Positions 1 to 7,503 of a DNA stretch of 34,473 nt are shown here, in pieces. Under the pieces are notes generated by a model that saw only the letters and a program-made list of their open reading frames with translations, was not told the DNA's origin and made no database searches. Both the position numbers and the translations under genes were made by a program. The stretch is from Methylophilaceae bacterium (GTDB lineage Bacteria > Pseudomonadota > Gammaproteobacteria > Burkholderiales > Methylophilaceae), in assembly GCA_010031285.1 (NCBI GenBank), contig RHAY01000001.1, positions 1 through 34,473 on the forward strand, given 5' to 3'. Each line of letters begins with the position of its first letter. Positions within the stretch are counted from its first letter, which is position 1.

Positions 1-106
1 CATTGCAGTTACTTATGGGGCTCAGCCAAAAGATGTGTTGATAAGTTTTGAGCCTTTGGCATGTTTTGATTCATTTAAAGAAGTTGTAGATTTTTTGTTA
101 CCATGA
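1..106 (+). CDS. HAD-superfamily hydrolase (phosphoglycolate phosphatase-like), C-terminal fragment running in from the window edge
   Basis: Frame from position 2 reads IAVTYGAQPKDVLISFEPLACFDSFKEVVDFLLP* (TGA 104-106). The 'AVTYGA' tail is typical of HAD-IA hydrolases. ATGA overlap with the Rieske gene matches the betaproteobacterial rluC-HAD-Rieske-sppA order. Confidence 0.7.
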   Translation, partial: IAVTYGAQPKDVLISFEPLACFDSFKEVVDFLLP

Positions 107-450
107 GCACAAACACAAAAATTGAAATAGATAAAAAGGCCCTTCAAGGTGAGGGCTCAACGATCAAATTTGGATATCAAAAAGAAGCCACGATCAAATC
201 TGGCTTTGTAGTTTTTTTTGAGGGTAAGTACCACGCGTATATTAATCAATGTAAGCACTTGCCGATTGAACTTGATTACAAACCCAATGAATTTATGGAT
301 GATCAAAAGCAATGGATTATATGCTCTACACATGGTGCCATTTACCATCCAGCTTCTGGTGAATGTATTTCAGGGCCTTGTCGTGGTGAAATATTAGAAA
401 AATTAAATGTATTAGAATCAAACGATGTATTATGGGTTGAAATTTATTAA
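103..450 (+). CDS. Rieske [2Fe-2S] ferredoxin-domain protein
   Basis: CxH (CKH) and CxxH (CSTH) ligands, followed by the G.C..GPC motif. Confidence 0.9.
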   Translation: MSTNTKIEIDKKALQGEGSTIKFGYQKEATIKSGFVVFFEGKYHAYINQCKHLPIELDYKPNEFMDDQKQWIICSTHGAIYHPASGECISGPCRGEILEKLNVLESNDVLWVEIY

Positions 451-471
451 AGCATTCACGGAGCAAAAAAA

Positions 472-1446
472 ATGGCAGTAAGAAAAAAAATAGAAAAGAA
501 ATCCACTGAACATTGGGAAAGGGAAGCTCTAGAAAAAATTGCACTTTCGGCTTTAGGCGAGCAAAAAATTGCAAGGCGCTGGGGTATATTTTTCAAATCA
601 ATTACTTTTTTCTATCTCTTTGCGCTGTTATTTTTAGCATTTGGTGCAATGCATACTAAAGGTGGGTCGGGCAACCATACTGCGTTGATTGAAATTAATG
701 GCGTCATTGGCGAAAAAGATGAAGTTAATGCTAAAGACTTTTTTGAAAGTATACAAAGAGCTTATGACAGTCATGGAACAAGAGGTATTGTTTTAAAAAT
801 TAACAGTCCTGGCGGAAGTCCTGTTCAAGCTGGCATGATTAATGATGAAATTAAACGGCAAAAAAAATTACATCCACATATTCCGGTATATGCGGTTGTA
901 GAAGATATCTGTGCTTCGGGTGGCTATTATATTGCTGTCGCTGCCGATGAAATTTTTGTGGATAAAGCTAGTATCGTTGGTTCAATCGGCGTCTTAATGG
1001 ATGGATTCGGTTTTACAGATACAATGAAAAAAGTTGGTGTAGAAAGACGGCTTATGACAGCAGGATCAAATAAAGCCATGCTTGACCCTTTTTCACCGAT
1101 CAATGCTAAACAACAAGCCTTTGTTCAAGAGATGTTAAATGAAGTTCATCAACAATTTATTGCCGTCGTTAAAGAGGGTCGCGGAAATCGCCTCAAGGAA
1201 TCACCAGAAATGTTTAGTGGACTTTTTTGGAATGGTGAAGCGGCTGTTAAACTAGGTTTGGCTGATGGTTTTGGTAATTACGATTATGTTGCTCGCGAAA
1301 TTATTAAGGCTGAAGAGGTGATTGACTTTACGACTTACGAAAGCTTTGCTGATCGCTTTGCTCGTAAATTTGGAGCTAGTTTAGGATCTTCTTTGAACGA
1401 ATCTTTAAAGACTGCTATATTAAATCAAAAATTAATTATTAAGTAA
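472..1446 (+). CDS. sppA: Signal peptide peptidase, S49 family
   Basis: N-terminal TM segment; INSPGGSP, CASGGYYIA and GSIGV motifs; GGAG RBS at 460-463. Confidence 0.92.
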   Translation: MAVRKKIEKKSTEHWEREALEKIALSALGEQKIARRWGIFFKSITFFYLFALLFLAFGAMHTKGGSGNHTALIEINGVIGEKDEVNAKDFFESIQRAYDSHGTRGIVLKINSPGGSPVQAGMINDEIKRQKKLHPHIPVYAVVEDICASGGYYIAVAADEIFVDKASIVGSIGVLMDGFGFTDTMKKVGVERRLMTAGSNKAMLDPFSPINAKQQAFVQEMLNEVHQQFIAVVKEGRGNRLKESPEMFSGLFWNGEAAVKLGLADGFGNYDYVAREIIKAEEVIDFTTYESFADRFARKFGASLGSSLNESLKTAILNQKLIIK

Positions 1447-1471
1447 TATCAATAAGTTATTGATATTTTTT
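1445..1471. terminator. Probable bidirectional terminator hairpin between convergent sppA and pgi
   Basis: Perfect palindrome AATATCAATAA-G-TTATTGATATT (1445-1467) overlapping both stop codons, followed by a T run on the + strand. Confidence 0.55.
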
Positions 1472-3028
1472 AATGTAATTAATTAATCCATTTGTAGAGC
1501 TGTCAAAGTTATCTGTAGGTGTTTTTTCAGATAATTTAGGTAAAACTTGCTTTGCAATTTGTTTGCCGTATTCTACGCCCCATTGATCAAATGAATTGAT
1601 ATTCCAAATAATTCCTTGGGTAAAAATTTTATGTTCGTACATTGCAATAATTTGACCTAAAGTTTTTGGTGTTAACTTTTTGAAAAGTATGGAGGAAGTC
1701 GGTCGATTACCTTCAAATGTTTTTTGCGGAATAAAGCTTTCAATGTCTTCGCCTTCATAACCCTGTTTTTCAATCTCAGCGCGGGCTTCATGGTATGTTT
1801 TGCCTAGCATCAGCGATTGAGTTTGCGCGATAAAGTTTGAAAGTAAGATTTTATGATGTTCATTACCATCTTTACCTAATGTGTATTGAGATTCAATCGG
1901 CATGATAAAGTCAGCAGGCACAATTTCAGTGCCTTGATGAAGAAGTTGATAGAAGGCATGCTGACCATTTGTGCCAACTTCACCCCAAATAACAGGGCCT
2001 GTATGGTAATTAATGTGTTCGCCATCGCGATTGATAAATTTACCATTGCTTTCCATATCTGCTTGCTGGAGATAGGGTGCTAATTTAGATAAACCTTGGT
2101 CATATGCCAAGATTGCATGGGTTGAAAAATTAAAGAAATTAATATACCAGACGCCTAATAACCCCATCATCATCGGTATGTTTTGTTCTATAGGCGCTGT
2201 CTTGAAATGCTCATCCATTTCAAAACCACCTTTAAGTAAATCTTCGAAACCATCCATACCAATATAAAGGGCAATAGAAAGTCCTATTGCTGACCACAGA
2301 GAGTAGCGTCCACCTACCCAATCCCAAAACTCAAACATATTTTCCGTGTCAATGCCGAATTCCGACACTGCATGTTGATTTGTTGATAGAGCAACAAAGT
2401 GTTTTTTAATATGTTGATTGTCTTTTGCTGCTTGAAGGAACCAATCTCTTGCTGAAAAAGCATTGGTCATTGTTTCTTGTGTGGTGAATGTTTTAGAAGC
2501 GATTATAAACAGTGTTGTTTCTGGATTACATTTTTCCAAAACTTGAGAGAGATCAGCACCATCCACATTGGATACGAAATAAGGTGTTATTGTTTTTGAA
2601 CCGTAAGCTTTTAAAGCTTGGCAAACCATGGCAGGACCTAAATCAGAACCACCTATGCCGATGTTAATGACGCTTGTAATTGTTTTACCAGAAAAACCTC
2701 TCCATAGGCCTGATCTTACTTCCTCACTAAAACGACGCATTTTTTTGAGAACATTTTTAACTTTTGGCATAACGTCCTCACCATCAGAAATGATAGGTGA
2801 TGTGTTTTGGTTGCGAAGTGCAGTGTGGAGAACTGCGCGATGTTCAGTGGAGTTTATTTTTTCACCTCTAAACATGCGATTTCTCCAACCTTCTACATCA
2901 GCTTCTTTTGCAAGCTTTATCAAAAGGCTAATTGTTTCTCTGGAGATACGATGTTTTGAGTAGTCTAAAAGTAAGTCATTAAATTGAATGTGAAATTGAT
3001 TAAAACGATTGGGGTCTGATTTAAACAT
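1457..3028 (-). CDS. pgi: Glucose-6-phosphate isomerase (native N-terminus missing in this sequence)
   Basis: Motifs IGIGGSDLGP, SKTFTTQET, GGRYSLWSAIG, GTNGQHAFYQLLHQG and FDQWGVEYGK. The frame continues upstream without a start as (I)LNQHKKDIESISLRE to about 3076. Confidence 0.96.
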   Translation of the reverse strand: MFKSDPNRFNQFHIQFNDLLLDYSKHRISRETISLLIKLAKEADVEGWRNRMFRGEKINSTEHRAVLHTALRNQNTSPIISDGEDVMPKVKNVLKKMRRFSEEVRSGLWRGFSGKTITSVINIGIGGSDLGPAMVCQALKAYGSKTITPYFVSNVDGADLSQVLEKCNPETTLFIIASKTFTTQETMTNAFSARDWFLQAAKDNQHIKKHFVALSTNQHAVSEFGIDTENMFEFWDWVGGRYSLWSAIGLSIALYIGMDGFEDLLKGGFEMDEHFKTAPIEQNIPMMMGLLGVWYINFFNFSTHAILAYDQGLSKLAPYLQQADMESNGKFINRDGEHINYHTGPVIWGEVGTNGQHAFYQLLHQGTEIVPADFIMPIESQYTLGKDGNEHHKILLSNFIAQTQSLMLGKTYHEARAEIEKQGYEGEDIESFIPQKTFEGNRPTSSILFKKLTPKTLGQIIAMYEHKIFTQGIIWNINSFDQWGVEYGKQIAKQVLPKLSEKTPTDNFDSSTNGLINYIKKYQ

Positions 3029-3059
3029 CTCACGAAGTGAGATGGATTCGATATCTTTT

Positions 3060-4058
3060 TTATGTTGATTTAGAATTTACAATAATTTCTGATGTTTTAG
3101 CGTTACCGAGTCCAATTGAAATATTTCGCAACCATTGATCGTAACCGATACGAAGAATCGCACTACCTTCCATGCGTTTTAGGAACTCTGCTTCAGTCCA
3201 TAAAAAACATTCTACGAGCTCGATATCATCTAAGCCATGTCTTACTTTAAAGTCATCTTCCTTAGAGATTTGCCCAAACTTATTCCAGGGGCAATACAGC
3301 TGACAATCATCGCAGCCATACACACGATTGCCAATTTGCTTACGATATGCCAGGGGTATTGAGGATTTATGCTCAATAGTGAGATAAGAAATACATTTTC
3401 TTGCATCGAGTTTATAGGGTCCTATAATAGCTTTTGTTGGACATACTTCTAAACAGCTTGTACAAGTGCCACAATGATTTTCAACTTTTTTATCAATAGG
3501 CAAAGGCAAATTAATATAAATTTCACCTAGGAAAAACCAGGAGCCATGTTCCTTATTAATAAGCAAGGTATGCTTTCCTCTCCAGCCAAGCCCAGATTTT
3601 TCGGCAAGTTCTACTTCCATTACGGGAGCACTATCTGTAAATAATCTAAATTCAAATGCGTGATCTAAAGTTTTATTAGCTTCTTTTTGAATTTTTTCTG
3701 AAAGTCTTTTTAATTTAGAGCGCATGACTTTATGATAATCTCGGCCTAACGCGTACCGCGAAATAAAAGCTTTCTGATCATTTTGCAAAATAGCTTCTGA
3801 ATTCTGAGAATGCGGAAAATAGTTAAGTCTAGCTGTGATAACTCGGATGGTATGCGGCACAAGTTCATCTGGCTTATATCGCAGAGAACCATGTTTTACC
3901 ATATAATGCATTTCACCATGGAATCCTTGCTTAATCCACTCCAGATAATGATCTTTCGTATGATTGAGATTTATATCAGCAATACCAATTTGATCAAATC
4001 CAAGTTCTCGACCCCAGTCTTTGATTTGCAATGCTAATTGATCCCAAATTTCCGCCAT
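3060..4058 (-). CDS. queG: Epoxyqueuosine reductase (C-terminal tail apparently truncated)
   Basis: SRYALGRDYH, DSAPVME, GLGWRGK, CGTCTSCLEVCPT and GCDDCQLYCPWN motifs. Ends abruptly after 'WLRNISIGLGNA...IVNS'. Confidence 0.93.
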   Translation of the reverse strand: MAEIWDQLALQIKDWGRELGFDQIGIADINLNHTKDHYLEWIKQGFHGEMHYMVKHGSLRYKPDELVPHTIRVITARLNYFPHSQNSEAILQNDQKAFISRYALGRDYHKVMRSKLKRLSEKIQKEANKTLDHAFEFRLFTDSAPVMEVELAEKSGLGWRGKHTLLINKEHGSWFFLGEIYINLPLPIDKKVENHCGTCTSCLEVCPTKAIIGPYKLDARKCISYLTIEHKSSIPLAYRKQIGNRVYGCDDCQLYCPWNKFGQISKEDDFKVRHGLDDIELVECFLWTEAEFLKRMEGSAILRIGYDQWLRNISIGLGNAKTSEIIVNSKST

Positions 4059-4091
4059 GTTTAAATTATTTCTATTATTTAAAAAATATCT

Positions 4092-4482
4092 ATGATGTTT
4101 GATACTAATTATGACTTAAAAGATGAAGGTGAAACACTTCGTTTGGCAGAAAACATGGCAGGCTATTTATGCCCTGGTATGAATTTATATCTAAAGGGCG
4201 AATTAGGCGCTGGTAAAACTAGAGCCTTATAGTTTTGATAAATTTACCATTTATCACTTTGATCTTTATCGCTTTAAAGATGAAATTGAATGGGATGATG
4301 CCGGATTTAGAGAGTACTTTAATAATTCATCTATTTGCTTAGTTGAATGGCCTGAAAAAGCAGGGCATATTCTTCCTGATCCTGACATTTTAATTGAGCT
4401 TTCTCATGCATCTCATGGTCGACATCTTCATTTAGTTGGATACACATCAATAGGAGTTGAATGTTTAAAAACTATCATCTAA
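4092..4482 (+). pseudogene. tsaE: tRNA threonylcarbamoyladenosine biosynthesis ATPase, broken by an internal deletion/frameshift (possible assembly error)
   Basis: ATG 4092 reads ...LKGELGAGKT, then stop TAG 4230-4232. A second frame from 4222 reads EPYSFDKFTIYHFDLYRF...LVEWPEKAG...* (TAA 4480-4482). The conserved VKSPTYTLV segment is absent. Confidence 0.88.
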
Positions 4483-5700
4483 AAGTTTTTTTTGTTCTAA
4501 TTTGGGTACTTTTTCCTCATCACATTGTTGCAAAAAATTTGATTGAATCTGCCAGAGTTTGGCCTGCGAGAGAATATACGCGGATAACTCTTGAATCCCT
4601 TAAGCCTATTAGCAATGATCAAATGATTTTAAAAAATCCAGATCGCTTAGTAATTGATCTTCATGACATTGAAGTTAACGATGATTTAAAAAATTTAAGT
4701 ACAAAAATATTATCAAGCGATCCTAATATTAAGCAAATTCGTGTTGCTAAATTTAATAGCCAAGTATCAAGAGTTGTCATTGAGCTTAGAGCTGAATCTA
4801 AAATCAATATCTTTTCTCTAAAGCCTGCAGGAACTTATAAGCACCGATTAGTGATTGATGTATATCCCAGAATTGATGAATTGATGGCATTTGTTCAAGA
4901 TAAGGAAAGAAAAGATCTAACACCGTCTAAAAAAGATAATGTTTCGTCATCTCAGAAACTAATAAAGAAAAAGTAGTTCAGGAATTGTCAACATTACAAC
5001 CCAATAAAGGCCAAAGTAAGAAAATCGTGATTGCCATTGATGCAGGTCATGGCGGTGAAGATTCCGGAGCAAGAGGGGCATCTGGTAGTTTAGAAAAAAA
5101 TATTACTTTATCAATTGCTAAAAAACTTAAAAAAGAAATTGATAATGACGAACAACTTAGAGCGGTGCTAACACGGGATGATGACTATTTCGTGCCGCTG
5201 CATGGTCGTGTAGTAAAAGCAAGAAAATTAAAGGCGGATATTTTTGTTTCTATTCATGCTGATGCTTTTACCAATCCCGATGCTAAAGGTTCTTCTGTAT
5301 TTGCATTGTCTGAAAGCGGAGCGACTTCTGCTTCAGCCAGATATTTAGCTAATAAAGAAAATGAATAAGTTTGGATGATAAAGATCCAATGTTAGCAAAA
5401 ACTTTGCTTGATTTATCTCAATCAGCAACTATTAATGACAGTGTAAAACTTGGAAATTTTGTTTTGGATCAGCTAGGCGATATCAATGATCTACATAAAT
5501 CAAATGTCGAACAAGCTGGCTTTGCAGTTCTTAAATCTCCTGATATTCCATCTATTCTTGTTGAGACAGCTTTTATTAGCAACCCAAAAGAAGAGCAGAT
5601 TTTAAATAATGAAGAGCACCAAGAAATTTTAGCTAAAAATATTTTGATTGGTATAAAAAAATATTTATCTTCAAATCCCAATATTGCTAAGAATTTTTAA
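4461..5700 (+). pseudogene. amiC: N-acetylmuramoyl-L-alanine amidase AmiC (AMIN + Amidase_3), split into three frames (possible assembly error)
   Basis: 4461-4976: signal peptide + AMIN (RVWPAREYTR, NPDRLVID). 4985-5368: IDAGHGGED, EKNITL, FVSIHADA. 5371-5700: QAGFAVLKSPDIPSILVETAFISN. Two frame changes, near 4940-4975 and at 5366. Confidence 0.88.
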
Positions 5701-5710
5701 AAATTTAGTA

Positions 5711-6646
5711 ATGGATAAGCCAGCGATCTTCTTTTTGATTGGACCCACAGCATCTGGCAAGACAAAACTTGCTGTTGATCTTGTAAAAACTTTTGCATTT
5801 GAAATCATTAGTGTCGATTCAGCACAAATATATCAAGATATGAACATTGGTGTAGCTAAGCCATCTCAGGATATTCTAAATATTGCACCGCACCATCTCA
5901 TTAATATTATTAAACCAGATGAAACATATTCTGTAGCGCAATTTTTACAAGATACTTTGAGGCTTATCGATGAAATACTATTGAGAGAACGTATTCCACT
6001 CTTGGTAGGAGGCACAATGATGTATTTCAATGCCCTCGAAAAAGGCATTCATGAAATGCCGAAAACTAATTTTCAAATCCGAAGAGATATAGAAAAAGAA
6101 GCAGGCCAATTTGGATGGTCAAAACTCTACAAAAAACTCCAATCTGTTGATAAAGAAACAGCAAGAAAGCTAAATCCTAATGATGCTCAGCGCATCAGTC
6201 GGGCTCTAGAAGTTTTTTATTCTTCCGGAAAACCCTTATCTTATTTTCATAAAACAGAAAATAAAAATGAATTTCCTTTCACTATTTGTAAATTAGGATT
6301 AATACCCAGTAACAGAAATATTCTTCATCAGCGCATTGAATTTAGGGTGAATGAAATGATAGAAGCTGGCTTATTCAAGGAAGTAGAGCTTTTGTTTAAA
6401 AAATATCCGAAGCTTCAAAATCAAATGCCATCTATGAGATCAGTTGGCTATCGTCAAGTGCTTGATTACTTTAATGGTGATTTTCAAGAAAAAGAATGTA
6501 TCGATAGGATTGTCTTCGCAACTCGGCAGCTTGCAAAAAGACAAATGACTTGGATGAGGAGTATGGAAAATCTTAATGTATTTGATTGTCTAAATGATGA
6601 CCTAAATAAAGATGTCATAGCTTTTATAAAAAAAGTATTGTTATGA
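5711..6646 (+). CDS. miaA: tRNA dimethylallyltransferase
   Basis: GPTASGKT, SVDSAQIY, VGGTMMY, RISRALEV and TRQLAKRQMTW motifs. ATG 5711 preferred to the upstream start at 5684, which overlaps amiC. Confidence 0.95.
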   Translation: MDKPAIFFLIGPTASGKTKLAVDLVKTFAFEIISVDSAQIYQDMNIGVAKPSQDILNIAPHHLINIIKPDETYSVAQFLQDTLRLIDEILLRERIPLLVGGTMMYFNALEKGIHEMPKTNFQIRRDIEKEAGQFGWSKLYKKLQSVDKETARKLNPNDAQRISRALEVFYSSGKPLSYFHKTENKNEFPFTICKLGLIPSNRNILHQRIEFRVNEMIEAGLFKEVELLFKKYPKLQNQMPSMRSVGYRQVLDYFNGDFQEKECIDRIVFATRQLAKRQMTWMRSMENLNVFDCLNDDLNKDVIAFIKKVLL

Positions 6647-7503
6647 AGATAAAATCTTATCTCCCTATATTTTCTTTGCTTTTCGGAGCCTTTGTTTGGG
6701 GAATTATTTGGTATCCCTACCGATTGATGGCTCAAGCAGGAGTCTCGGGTATTTATTCAAGCTTTTACGTATTTATACTAACACTTGCTATCGCAGTCCC
6801 TTATTTTTTTATGACCAAAAAAAAGATCTCTATATGGTCAAAAGATTTCTGGATGCTTTCTTTTATAGCTGGCTATACCAATATTAGCTATGTATTGGCT
6901 GTCATTGATGGTGAGGTTGTTAGAGTTATGCTTCTATTTTATCTATCGCCAGTTTGGACTATTTTTTTATCGCACTTTATGCTTAATGAAAATACACAAA
7001 AAAAACATTACATTGCTGCCATGATTTCTTTTTTTGGTGCATTAATTATGTTATGGCAGCAAGATTATTTAATATATTTTGATTCAAAGAGTGATTGGTT
7101 AGCATTAAGCTCAGGCATAGGTTTTGCAACCACTAATGTAATGACACGAAAATATCAGCATATGACAATCAATCAGAAAGCTTTAGCAATTTGGTTAGGT
7201 GTCATCTTAGTAGCCACAATATGCATTATGTTTGATAAAGATACTATGCCTAAATTAGACTTTTTTAATCCTTTGGACGCTATGATTGCAATAGTAATTG
7301 CCTTATGTTTATTTTTTTCAACATTGTTTGTTCAATTTGGAGTTACAAAAATTAAAGCGGTTGAAGCGTCTAGTTTTTTTCTTTTTGAAATTGTGGTTGC
7401 TTCAATTTCATCATACTTACTTGCAGGTGAAACTATTAGCATCAATGAATGGCTTGGGGGCACCATGATTATTTTGGGCGTTATTCTTACCGCACAAAAT
7501 TAA
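6643..7503 (+). CDS. DMT/EamA-family inner-membrane transporter
   Basis: About 10 hydrophobic segments in 286 aa with EamA-like motifs (WG..W, LLFYLSPVW, GE.I...EWLGG.MI). ATGA overlap with miaA. Confidence 0.82.
   Translation: MKIKSYLPIFSLLFGAFVWGIIWYPYRLMAQAGVSGIYSSFYVFILTLAIAVPYFFMTKKKISIWSKDFWMLSFIAGYTNISYVLAVIDGEVVRVMLLFYLSPVWTIFLSHFMLNENTQKKHYIAAMISFFGALIMLWQQDYLIYFDSKSDWLALSSGIGFATTNVMTRKYQHMTINQKALAIWLGVILVATICIMFDKDTMPKLDFFNPLDAMIAIVIALCLFFSTLFVQFGVTKIKAVEASSFFLFEIVVASISSYLLAGETISINEWLGGTMIILGVILTAQN

Noticed and set aside
4059-4091. Very short (33 bp) divergent gap between queG and tsaE with TTTAAAT/ATTTAAA symmetry
   Set aside because: Tight divergent placement is common at this locus, and the symmetry is expected by chance in AT-rich DNA.
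3060-5372. Scrambled-gene or trans-splicing idea (missing pieces encoded elsewhere)
   Set aside because: I could not find the missing VKSPTY, SDLIGG or QueG-tail segments elsewhere in the window by eye, and there are no intron, repeat or recombinase signatures at the junctions.
4092-5700. Stop-codon reassignment or readthrough as the explanation for the broken tsaE and amiC
   Set aside because: The downstream halves are in different frames and conserved residues are physically missing. TAA, TAG and TGA all act as normal stops elsewhere in the window.
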